Source: Methanoregula sp. (lineage in GTDB: Archaea > Halobacteriota > Methanomicrobia > Methanomicrobiales > Methanospirillaceae). Taken from it: DNA of 64,000 nucleotides. The stretch spans positions 1 to 64,000 of the forward strand of contig JBDKTL010000048.1 in the NCBI GenBank assembly GCA_039698055.1. The letters run 5' to 3'. The notes beneath the pieces were generated by a model. The model was not told where the DNA came from and ran no database searches. It worked only from the letters and a program-made list of their open reading frames with translations. A program made the position numbers and the translations under genes. Shown here piece by piece: positions 32,701 to 41,133 of the stretch (positions are counted from its first letter, which is position 1; each line of letters starts with the position of its first letter).

Positions 32701-33531
32701 ATCTTCTCGTCGCGCCCCGGCTCCTATGCAAGCGGGGTGAACCTTGCCGTACTTGCGAGTGCATGGAAAACAGAAGGGGATCTTGCTGATATTTTTGTGG
32801 CATACAACGGCTACGCATACGGCAGGGATATCCATGGTAAAGTCGCCCACGAACAGTTCGCCGCCAACCTTTCGACCGTATCGGTCACGTTCAACAAGGT
32901 CCAGTCTGATGAACACGACCTGCTGGGCTGCTGCTGCTATTTCGGCACCCACGGGGGTTTCACAGCTGCGGCCCGGCACTATTCCGGTAACGAGGTTAAG
33001 CCCTATTACGGGGATACCCGGGAACCTGAACATGTGGAAGTGCGCGACCTGTCCGATGAGATCCGGCGCGTGGTCCGGACAAAACTCCTCAACCCGAAAT
33101 GGATCGAGGGGATGAAGGTGCACGGGTATAAGGGTGCATCCGACATCATGAAACGCGTGACCCGGGTATATGGCTGGTCAGCATCAACCCAGGAAGTGGA
33201 CAACTGGATATTTGATGATATTGCGACAACGTTTGTCAATAATAAAGAGATGCGGGGATTTTTTGAAAAGAACAACCCTCATGCACTCGAAGAGATCACC
33301 CGACGTCTCCTCGAAGCAAACCAGCGCAGTCTCTGGGACGCAGATCCCGTTGTTCTCGAAGACCTCAAAAAGAATTACCTGGAGATCGAATCCTGGATGG
33401 AAGACCAGGTAGGCGGTGGCGATTTTCAGGGCGGGAATGTAGATGTATTCACGCAGGAGGATATTACCGGCTGGAGAGCCACCATGAAGGAGAGTATGGC
33501 AAAAGTTCATGCAAAGTACCGGAAAGAGTGA
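29722..33531 (+). CDS. cobN: CobN/ChlH-family chelatase large subunit
   Basis: MPEFEGVIEP, QPKRG, PPHQYLATY, HVGTHGNLEFLPGK, LPTGRNFYS, PRIDITV, LLNPKWIEGM..HGY. Start placed at the ATG at 29722. Confidence 0.93.
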   Translation: MMITSVMWGSYAPVLKRAAIAAGVKCTIYPTRVLEDQPEKIEEAVASMRASDMILVYHTSDMFWEQMDRELAVIRQTVPVISLGPDPSFWLQSTVSPVIVTTCHRYITNNGDENFKNLLLFLKKEIFGEDIPVAPPIDVPWEGLYHPDAPSSFCRVDDFLAWYTKKIPGAPWIGIVFSRTSWAASNVALEDMLIHSLEAEGLNVITVFTYAIQDDALGARGMGQVVTDYLIRDGVPIVDALIKLIPFLFGSTRDGKNSKIAAVQGVDLLRRLDIPVFSPVISMYMNLEQWQASEGLSMDVGWAVAMPEFEGVIEPVFIGTSSSEPNGEKTREAVPDRCKKVAARVRKWISLAKKPVGERKVAFVLNNNPCAGTEANVGGGSNLDTLESVARILQRMADAGYLVTPPASGKDLVEIIMRKKAISEFRWTTVQDIIANGGTLALMDEETYMPYFSSLPASVQKSVTDTWGDPPGKGMVLDGKMLITGVSFGNATVHVQPKRGCYGSRCDGEVCKILHDPKCPPPHQYLATYYWLEHILKADVIIHVGTHGNLEFLPGKGTGLSGECFPDVAVGTIPFLYIYNSDNPAEGTIAKRRSYATLVDHMQTVLTGSGLYEELEEIDNLLTQYETTKNDPARAHALQHLLNDAIIRANLDKDMHLSHDTPLTEMAAKAHETLSKIRNTRIQSGMHIFGEIPHGDRRVDFISSIIRFDNGELSPRRIVAQIMGFDLPDLLASQDRYSEEYGMSHGAILEQVDWELNHFIRTVLEGSAMPVALIFGKRITEEQAQMLNTIRARILDINQRIEDSREIESLLHGMEGKYIPAGPSGQISRGHEEVLPTGRNFYSLDPYRVPTGAAWRVGQRLADALIEKHSREEGTVPENVAFYWMAGDIMTSDGEMFAEMLWLLGVRPVWQKNGQVRSFEIIPLHKLGHPRIDITVRTTGILRDNFSNCYELLDDAVQAVAGLNEPPDRNFVRRHTQKSMAEEGAVFRDATLRIFSSRPGSYASGVNLAVLASAWKTEGDLADIFVAYNGYAYGRDIHGKVAHEQFAANLSTVSVTFNKVQSDEHDLLGCCCYFGTHGGFTAAARHYSGNEVKPYYGDTREPEHVEVRDLSDEIRRVVRTKLLNPKWIEGMKVHGYKGASDIMKRVTRVYGWSASTQEVDNWIFDDIATTFVNNKEMRGFFEKNNPHALEEITRRLLEANQRSLWDADPVVLEDLKKNYLEIESWMEDQVGGGDFQGGNVDVFTQEDITGWRATMKESMAKVHAKYRKE

Positions 33532-33564
33532 TATGAAAGCAGATTTTTTTCACGGGAGCCTGCG

Positions 33565-34521
33565 ATGAACGCGATAGAAACCCATAATCTCACAAAATAT
33601 TACGGTTCGCTCTGTGCGGTTGACAATCTCTCGCTGTGTGTGAACAACGAGATCTTCGCGTTGCTCGGCCCCAATGGTTCTGGCAAGACAACAACCGTAC
33701 TGATGCTCACCACGCTGCTGCACCCGACCAAAGGGAGCGCAACAGTCTGCGGTCACGATATCCTTTTGGAAGGAAAAAACGTACGGCGACAACTCAGTTA
33801 TGTCCCGCAGGAAATGGCTGTCGATATCAAGCTGACGGGCAGGGAGAATGTCCTGCTTTTTGCCCACCTTTACGGCATACCAAACCCGAAAGATAAAACA
33901 GACGAGGTCCTTGCAGTCATGGAACTCTCGGATCGGGCCGACGACCTGATTAAAACATATTCCGGGGGCATGCGCCGGCGGCTCGAACTCGCCCAGGCAC
34001 TGGTGCACGAACCGGCCGTCCTCTTCCTTGATGAACCAACGATAGGTCTTGATGTCGCAGCCCGCAGGAAGATATGGGAACATATCAGGGCACTAAAAAA
34101 AACGGGCATGACCATTTTTGTCACAACGCACTACATGGATGAGGCCGACCAGTACTGTGACCGGGTAGGTATTATCAGTAAAGGCCGAATCGTCGCACTA
34201 GGTCAGCCCACCTCCTTAAAATCCCAGCTCATGAAAGATGTGATCACCGCAAAAATCTCCGGTATCTTTGTCCCGCCGGATATCGAAGGGCTTCAACTTC
34301 TCGGTGTAAAAGACGACGAGGTCTCATTTTCTGCAGAAAATGGCAGAGAGGCTCTTCCGGTTATTGCACAGGTTCTGACCGGTTCAGGCATGAACGTCCA
34401 TTCGCTTTCACTCAGGGAACCAACCCTCGATGACGTGTTCCTCCAGGCAGTAGGACGACAGGAAGAGCCCCGGCATTTCAACGACCAGCAGTTCAGGACC
34501 ATGCTGAGGAGGAGGAAATGA
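33565..34521 (+). CDS. ABC-2 exporter ATPase (DrrA-like, with C-terminal DUF4162-like extension)
   Basis: GPNGSGKTT, YSGGMRRRLE, DEPTIGLD, TTHYMDEA, PTLDDVF. Confidence 0.92.
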   Translation: MNAIETHNLTKYYGSLCAVDNLSLCVNNEIFALLGPNGSGKTTTVLMLTTLLHPTKGSATVCGHDILLEGKNVRRQLSYVPQEMAVDIKLTGRENVLLFAHLYGIPNPKDKTDEVLAVMELSDRADDLIKTYSGGMRRRLELAQALVHEPAVLFLDEPTIGLDVAARRKIWEHIRALKKTGMTIFVTTHYMDEADQYCDRVGIISKGRIVALGQPTSLKSQLMKDVITAKISGIFVPPDIEGLQLLGVKDDEVSFSAENGREALPVIAQVLTGSGMNVHSLSLREPTLDDVFLQAVGRQEEPRHFNDQQFRTMLRRRK

Positions 34522-35243
34522 AAGGTATCTGGTATTACATGGACCGGGACATGACCAAATGGCTCCGTGGTAAAATTGCAGTTATCACGCTCCTTGTCAT
34601 GCCGGCAGCGTGGTTGATCTTCGTTGGCCTTGCATTGCCGGTCACCTTCACGGGTAATTATCTCGATTTCATCACACCGGGGATCCTTGTCATGACGATG
34701 CTTGCGTCCTCGATGCAGGGAGGGGCGCTCCTGATGTTCGATAAGATCCTGGGGTTCTTAAACAAATTCCTTGCACTCCCGACTCCGCGCGAGAGTATAC
34801 TGTTTGGTAAAATCCTGTTCATCACCATACGCGGGGTCATCCAGTCGACCGTTATCCTTCTCGTGGCAATCCTGATCGGTGCAACCATCCTCTCACTGGC
34901 TCAGTACGCGACCATCTACCTGATCCTGATACTTTTTGGCATCCTCGTTTCCGGGCTGGCGACCACGCTCGCGCTCTATGTCGGCGACCATGACTCGTAT
35001 GCCGCTGTCAACACCATGATCTCCATGCCCCTGTTCTTTACTTCAAGCGCCCTGATGCCATACAGTGTGATGCCCCCGTGGCTGCGGGCAATTGCATCGG
35101 TCAATCCCCTGAGTTTTGCCATTGATGCGATCCGTTCGGTGAGTGTCGGCGGGATACCGTTTTTGCAGATCGCGATTCTCGTAGTGCTGGGCATCGCCGT
35201 AATCACGATTTGCATGCAGGTTTTCCGGAAAATGACAGTCTGA
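34518..35243 (+). CDS. ABC-2 exporter permease (DrrB-like)
   Basis: Six TM segments, YLDFITPG, P-x-W-L..NPLSFAIDAIR. ATGA overlap with the ATPase. Confidence 0.9.
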   Translation: MKGIWYYMDRDMTKWLRGKIAVITLLVMPAAWLIFVGLALPVTFTGNYLDFITPGILVMTMLASSMQGGALLMFDKILGFLNKFLALPTPRESILFGKILFITIRGVIQSTVILLVAILIGATILSLAQYATIYLILILFGILVSGLATTLALYVGDHDSYAAVNTMISMPLFFTSSALMPYSVMPPWLRAIASVNPLSFAIDAIRSVSVGGIPFLQIAILVVLGIAVITICMQVFRKMTV

Positions 35244-35268
35244 CCCGAAACTCTACAGAGGTATATTC

Positions 35269-36372
35269 ATGAAAATTTTCAAACAACCCTTAACCAGTAT
35301 CCTGGTTATGCTGGTGCTCATCATGGCAGCATGTGCTGGATGTGCCAGCACTCCCGGGAATGACAGCACAGGAACAACAGAGCCGGTGACACCGGCTTAT
35401 ATCGCAGACACAGGCCAACCTGTCCCATCGGCACCAGGTTCGGCCTGCACTCCGGTGACGATCACGCAGACCAATGGCATTCCGGTAACCCTGCCCTGCA
35501 TGCCTCATCGTATCATTGTCACCAACTCGGATGCGGCGGAGATGCTGATCGCGCTTGGGGCAGCGGACACAGTTGTTGGTATCACTGAAACAACAAAGAA
35601 CATCTCGTATGTCATGGACAAAATCCCAACGGCGCAAAGCATCGGGGACTGGCAGACACCCAATATCGAGTGGATGCTTTCCTTAAAACCCGATGCCGTG
35701 ATCTCGTACGCGAGCTCGAAGCCAAAAAACCTCGACCAGATCCTTGCAGCAAACATAACGGTCATCTACCTTGACTGCTACCGCCTCCCAAAACTTGCTC
35801 AGGACGCCCGTGCGGTCGGTGCGCTGACCGGCCATGAACAAAAAGCAGAAACATATGCGCAGATGATCGAGAATACAATGGCGCTTGTCAAAGGCGATGT
35901 CGCGGCCATCCCGCAGGACAATCTTCCCCGGGTCTATTTTGAAGGATACTCTGACTTCACTGCTGCGGGAACAGGATCGGGATCCGATGAACTGCTGACC
36001 ATGGCAGGGGGAAAGAATATTGTCGCGTCGCTCTCCACATCTTCATCGCCAAAGGTAAGCGCCGAGTGGGTTGTTTCCCAGAACCCTGCATATATCATGA
36101 AGGTGATTTCAGCAAAAGAGACAAGGCCATATCCCGAAATTGTGGAAACGCTGAAGAAGCGGACCGGCTGGAATACGATCTCTGCAATCAAACAGGACCG
36201 GATCTATCTCTTTGGCAGCGGCATCGAGTACGGCCCGAAAGCGTACATCGGACTTGCAGCAACAGCGAAAGTTCTACACCCGGATCTTTTTGTGGATCTG
36301 GACCCGGAGAAGATGCTGGACGCGTATGCAGGAGAATACGTTGCGGGAACAAACATGACGGCAATGATGTAA
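35269..36372 (+). CDS. ABC substrate-binding lipoprotein, paralog of 4557-5711
   Basis: CAGC lipobox, RIIVTNSDAAE, SIGDWQTP, PDAVISYAS, PRVYFE, AGGKNI. Confidence 0.88.
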   Translation: MKIFKQPLTSILVMLVLIMAACAGCASTPGNDSTGTTEPVTPAYIADTGQPVPSAPGSACTPVTITQTNGIPVTLPCMPHRIIVTNSDAAEMLIALGAADTVVGITETTKNISYVMDKIPTAQSIGDWQTPNIEWMLSLKPDAVISYASSKPKNLDQILAANITVIYLDCYRLPKLAQDARAVGALTGHEQKAETYAQMIENTMALVKGDVAAIPQDNLPRVYFEGYSDFTAAGTGSGSDELLTMAGGKNIVASLSTSSSPKVSAEWVVSQNPAYIMKVISAKETRPYPEIVETLKKRTGWNTISAIKQDRIYLFGSGIEYGPKAYIGLAATAKVLHPDLFVDLDPEKMLDAYAGEYVAGTNMTAMM

Positions 36373-36625
36373 TCGGAACCGGCGTCGTCGAGAAATGAAA
36401 ATATCCCAGCCATGGCAGGAAAGGGTGATGTACCCTGTTCTCCTCCAGGATTGGGACAACCCCGGTTGCTTAAAATGCAGCGACCCGGTATAAGCGGGAT
36501 CGTCATCTGCATTTTTTTATCGCTGGAAAAAACCTTGCCTGCGCATACAAGGTATGAATTTTAACCCCGTTTTTTAGGAAATGTTAAAAACAATCAGCAA
36601 TGATATTGTCATTACTGGTACTACT

Positions 36626-37048
36626 ATGGTCATGGATGACGATTTATCACGCATTGGAATCTCACTTCCAAAAAACCTGCTCGACCGTTTTGATGAAATA
36701 TTGAATTTCAGGGGTTACTCCTCGCGGTCTGAGGGCATCCGCGATGCAATCCGCACCTACATCACGTATTACAAGTGGATGGCAGATGTCAAGGGTGAGC
36801 GTGAGGGAGTCATCACCATGGTATACGATCACGACCAGCGCGGGCTCCTTACAACCATCACGGATATCCAGCACGAATTCCACGAGGTGATCAAGGCATC
36901 CCTCCATTCCCACGTGACCCATAACCGGTGCCTTGAAGTGATCCTCGTTCACGGGGACGGGGCCCAGCTCAAGACACTTGCCGAACGGCTCATGTCCCAG
37001 AAAGGGGTTGAGTCGGTCAAGCTCACCACAATCTCAATCGAAGAGTGA
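36626..37048 (+). CDS. nikR: Nickel-responsive regulator NikR
   Basis: RHH N-terminus RIGISLP..SRSEGIRDAIR, YDH, Ni ligands QHEF and HSH..C (SLHSHVTHNRCLEV). Start probably 36626 rather than 36581. Confidence 0.93.
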   Translation: MVMDDDLSRIGISLPKNLLDRFDEILNFRGYSSRSEGIRDAIRTYITYYKWMADVKGEREGVITMVYDHDQRGLLTTITDIQHEFHEVIKASLHSHVTHNRCLEVILVHGDGAQLKTLAERLMSQKGVESVKLTTISIEE

Positions 37049-37259
37049 AGAACCATTCACCAGTATTGTGGTGAACGGGCCAGTATCTTTTTTTCTTTCC
37101 CCGGTTTTTAGCGGGTCACGCTGTACCTGAATAGGGCACCGTTTTGTTTTACGTTAACAATGCAAAGCATACCAGCAAATTTTTAGTATTACATTTCTTT
37201 AATATTTACATATTTTTTATTACAAAAATAAAAAGATATAATAAAGATGGGTGCCAATA

Positions 37260-37397
37260 ATGGATGCAGGGTATAACCGGCATGCCGGTGTAACCCGCAT
37301 ATTCGACAATTACATCGCACACCATGCTGAGCTGTACAGCAAAACCCGGGATCGGCGGGGAAACCGATCCTGTTTGCAGCAGGAGTATGTCCGATGA
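37260..37397 (+). other. Structured leader / 45-aa upstream ORF coupled (ATGA) to the 37394 gene
   Basis: ORF MDAGYNRHAGVTRIFDNYIAHHAELYSKTRDRRGNRSCLQQEYVR*. It also contains two GC-rich hairpins. Confidence 0.35.
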
Positions 37398-37729
37398 AAA
37401 CTACTGTGTATGATGGGAGCAGGAAAATTACGGTCGATACACGGCATGACGAATGCCTGTATGCCGCCGCACGTCCATTAAAAGATTCTCCAGAAGTCCA
37501 GAGGGTGGGAAAAGATCTCTACCTGCATACCGACAGCGAAAAGAAAAACACGTACTATCTTCATCTCTGGTCGACAAGTAAGACCGTCAAAGAGAAGATC
37601 CTGCCCGTATCCCCGGCATCCATGGAGCGTTTGTTGAGGAACAAGGGGCTTTTGTGCAACCTGTTCCCGAAAAGCGATTCGATTGCAACGCTCTATGCCA
37701 TGGGATATGGTATAGCAGAAGAATTCTAA
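37394..37729 (+). CDS. Hypothetical protein, 111 aa
   Basis: AGGAG RBS upstream, protein-like composition, followed by T-runs (terminator-like). Confidence 0.75.
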   Translation: MKTTVYDGSRKITVDTRHDECLYAAARPLKDSPEVQRVGKDLYLHTDSEKKNTYYLHLWSTSKTVKEKILPVSPASMERLLRNKGLLCNLFPKSDSIATLYAMGYGIAEEF

Positions 37730-37903
37730 TCTTTTTGCACACACCTCTTTTTTTTAGTTGTTGCACACGACTTTTTTTGAGGACCCAAATCCCCAGGGAT
37801 TGTTGTGCCTATTTTAAAAAAATTCCCTGGTAGGAATACTCATTGATGGATCTGATGGCGACAGGGATCGGACTTCACCGGGACAACAGAACTTCGGAAT
37901 ATT

Positions 37904-37946
37904 TTTAGGTCAACCTAAACATTTATTATTTAGGGTGCCCTAAATA
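37904..37946. promoter_or_regulatory. Tandem palindromic DtxR/MntR-type operators TTTAGGTcaACCTAAA and TATTTAGGGtgCCCTAAATA
   Basis: Two perfect inverted repeats immediately before the ATG of a DtxR-family gene. They resemble TTAGG..CCTAA DtxR/MntR boxes. Confidence 0.85.
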
Positions 37947-37954
37947 TTAGGTAT

Positions 37955-38680
37955 ATGGCACAGGAGCAGGTCGAAGAATACCTTGAAACAATCTATGATC
38001 TCGAATGGCGGGACGGGTCAGCAAAAACAACCGCAATAGCAAAATGCTTGAAAATCGCCCCGGCAAGCGTCACCGAGGCGCTGAAAAGTCTCTCGGACAA
38101 AGGGTTCATCCAGTACGAGCCATACCGGGGTGCAACCCTGACCGGGGAAGGCAAAAAAATCGCGGATACGATCAAGCGCAAGCACCGGCTCCTTGAAGTT
38201 TTTTTAACCGATGTTCTCCACCTGGACCGGGAGAAAGTCCACAATGAAGCGTGCCGGATGGAGCACACCATCTCGGAAGATACCGAAAACGCCCTCTGCC
38301 GGATGATGAAAGCCCCCGCCCGCTGCCCGCATGGCAGCCCGATCGGCCCGTGCAAACGCGGTGTGGGGAGCTGTGCGGAATGCGATGCGGTGACCGGCGC
38401 AGGAATCCCCATACCGGCATCCCTCCGCGATAAAAAAATCGTCCCGGTTACTGAACTTAAGCCTGGCGAGAAGGCAAAGATCGCATTTATCCGGGGGGAC
38501 TGCAAGGTTGTCCAGCGCCTCTCCGATCTCGGGCTTACCCTTGGGACAACCGTTTCCATCCTCAAAAAAACTCCCATGGACGGACCGGTGGAGATTGCAG
38601 TCAGAAGGACAAAACTTGCCGTGGATCACACGATTGCCGAAAACATCTTTATCGAATCACCGGTTGCGGATGAACCATGA
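37955..38680 (+). CDS. DtxR/MntR-family metal-dependent repressor with Cys-rich linker and C-terminal FeoA domain
   Basis: EEYLETIY, ASVTE, RKHRLLE, EACRMEH, CPHGSPI, FeoA-like QRLSDLGL..P..GP. Confidence 0.92.
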   Translation: MAQEQVEEYLETIYDLEWRDGSAKTTAIAKCLKIAPASVTEALKSLSDKGFIQYEPYRGATLTGEGKKIADTIKRKHRLLEVFLTDVLHLDREKVHNEACRMEHTISEDTENALCRMMKAPARCPHGSPIGPCKRGVGSCAECDAVTGAGIPIPASLRDKKIVPVTELKPGEKAKIAFIRGDCKVVQRLSDLGLTLGTTVSILKKTPMDGPVEIAVRRTKLAVDHTIAENIFIESPVADEP

Positions 38681-40665
38681 GCGGCTGCGGGGATTGCAAA
38701 GGCTGCCCTAAAGGAGGAGATTCCGGCATAAAGAATGCGGATTACACCATTGCCCTTGCCGGCAATGCCAATGTTGGCAAGAGCGTGATCTTCAACCAGC
38801 TGACCGGTGTTGACCAGATCATCGGCAACTGGCCAGGGAAGACCGTTGAGCGGGCAGAAGGGCTCCTGCTGTACAAGGGAAAACGCATCCGGGTCATCGA
38901 CCTGCCCGGCATCTACTCATTCTCCACGTACTCGATGGAGGAACTGGTCTCCCGGGATTTTATCGCGCTCGAACATCCTGATGCCGTTATCAACGTGATC
39001 GATGCCTCAGCGCTGGAACGCAATCTCTTCTTTACGATCCAGCTCATGGAACTGGCACCCCCGCTCCTTATCGCGGTCAACCAGATCGATCTGGCCGAAA
39101 AAAAAGGGTTGACCATCGATACCGGGAAACTCGCGGCACTGCTCGGTGTCCCGGTCATTCCGACCATTGCCATACGGGGCAAGGGAATCCCGGCCCTCAC
39201 AGAAGCAATTACGGGTCTCATGCCGGGCCACCCGGTCCCACCGGTCATTTACTATGGAAAGGAAGTAGAAGAGCGGATTGGAAAAATTATTGCCCTGCTC
39301 GCGAGCGTAACAACACCGTACCCTGTCCGCTGGACTGCGATCAAACTGCTCGAGCGCGATCCGTCAATCATGAAGATGGTTGGCGAACATGACCCGGGCA
39401 TCGTAAAAAACGCAGGAGTTCTTGCCGGTGAAATTGAATCCATCCACGGCGAAGCGGTCTGCGTTGTCATGAGCGCGGAGCGGTACCAGGTTGCCGACCG
39501 GATCGCAGCTGAAGTGATCACCGTGCGTCCGCCGGGCGAAGGCCCGCAGAAAAAGAGCCTGACCGACAGGCTCGACGCGGTTGCCCTCCACCCGGTAATC
39601 GGGTACCTCGCGGTCATTGCCGTAATCGGCGGGTTGCTGGTATGGACATTTTTGATCGGCGCACAGATTTCAGAGATCCTTGCTGGTTTCCTCTCACAGT
39701 TCGAACAGTACGAACCGGTGATCACGGGCCCGCTCATGGACATTCTCTGGAACGGGGCCTTCACCGGTTTTGTAGCAGGAGTGACCCTGGTTATCCCGTA
39801 TGTCCTGCCGTTTTACCTGCTCCTTGCGGTCATGGAAGATTCAGGGTATCTCACCCGGATCGCGGTGATGCTCGATCGCGGCATGCACAAACTGGGCCTG
39901 CACGGCAAGGCGATCATCCCTTTGATCCTTGGATACGGGTGCAATGTTCCTGCAATCTATTCATGCCGGATCATGGAAACGCCAAAACAAAAGACCCTTG
40001 CCGCATTCTTAGTGACGCTTGTTCCCTGCACGGCACGGACGGTAGTCATCCTTGGCCTCGTCGCTGCGTTTGTCAACATCTGGTGGGCGCTCGCGCTCTA
40101 CGTATTCAATATTCTCCTGATTCTCATTGTCGGGAGATTTGCGTTCAAGGCAGTGCCGGGCGAGTCTGTCGGGCTCATCATGGAGATGCCGGACTATCAC
40201 GTACCGTCGCTTTCGGTCGTGCTGAAACAGACATGGGCCCGGACAAAGTCGCTGGTCTGGATCGTCTTCCCGGCGTACATCATCGGGAGTGCATTGATCC
40301 AGGCGTTCTATGCGGCCGGCCTGCTGAACCCGGTGAACGATCTTCTTTCTCCCGTTACCGTGCTCTGGCTCGGGCTGCCCGCGGTTGTTGGGATCACGCT
40401 GATCTTCGGGGTCGTGCGAAAGGAGCTGACAATCCTTACGCTTGCCGTGATCTTCCACACGACTAACTTTGCGGCGATCATGTCCCCGGTCCAGCTCGTG
40501 GTCCTTGCACTGGTATCGATGCTTTATATTCCCTGCATCTCGGTGATACTGGTGCTCGCATCGGAGTTCGGCTGGAAAAAAGCACTCGCGATATCGGCTT
40601 TTGAAGTCATCATGGCAATTGTCATCGGCGGGATCGCATTCCGGGTGCTGGGCCTGGTGATGTGA
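38677..40665 (+). CDS. feoB: Ferrous iron transporter FeoB (copy 1)
   Basis: [43 protein letters not shown]. Confidence 0.95.
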   Translation: MSGCGDCKGCPKGGDSGIKNADYTIALAGNANVGKSVIFNQLTGVDQIIGNWPGKTVERAEGLLLYKGKRIRVIDLPGIYSFSTYSMEELVSRDFIALEHPDAVINVIDASALERNLFFTIQLMELAPPLLIAVNQIDLAEKKGLTIDTGKLAALLGVPVIPTIAIRGKGIPALTEAITGLMPGHPVPPVIYYGKEVEERIGKIIALLASVTTPYPVRWTAIKLLERDPSIMKMVGEHDPGIVKNAGVLAGEIESIHGEAVCVVMSAERYQVADRIAAEVITVRPPGEGPQKKSLTDRLDAVALHPVIGYLAVIAVIGGLLVWTFLIGAQISEILAGFLSQFEQYEPVITGPLMDILWNGAFTGFVAGVTLVIPYVLPFYLLLAVMEDSGYLTRIAVMLDRGMHKLGLHGKAIIPLILGYGCNVPAIYSCRIMETPKQKTLAAFLVTLVPCTARTVVILGLVAAFVNIWWALALYVFNILLILIVGRFAFKAVPGESVGLIMEMPDYHVPSLSVVLKQTWARTKSLVWIVFPAYIIGSALIQAFYAAGLLNPVNDLLSPVTVLWLGLPAVVGITLIFGVVRKELTILTLAVIFHTTNFAAIMSPVQLVVLALVSMLYIPCISVILVLASEFGWKKALAISAFEVIMAIVIGGIAFRVLGLVM

Positions 40666-41133
40666 TACCGGCCCGGTCTGTTCTTTAGTTAAGGCAATCC
40701 ATTAAAAAAAGGAGAGCCTGCCCGGGATTAACTGCCACCTGGGTCGCATGCAAAAAAACTTTTTTGTACACAAACTCCCGCCCGATGTCCGGCGTACCTC
40801 GTTCAACTATCCTAAACCCAATTTTAACCTCTGTCGGAAAAAGCGATCCTCATATTCGCATTCTGGCAGCCTTTCCGGGGCCCGGATGGGGTAAATCAGG
40901 TGGCAAAAACAGCCTCGGTTAAAGGGCCTTTGGTGGCCCATGAGTGAGGGGCAAACCTGCCGTATTTTGGCAAACAGGGCAACCATAAGGCGTATTTTCC
41001 ATAGGGACACAAAAAGAGGGATATTTCGGGGGTTTTTAGGTATGGGTCGGGATATCAAGAAGGGAAATTAGGCTTGAAATGGGCTTATTTTTATCAGATC
41101 ACAAACTTTCCTACTTTCCGGCTTTTCACTCAT

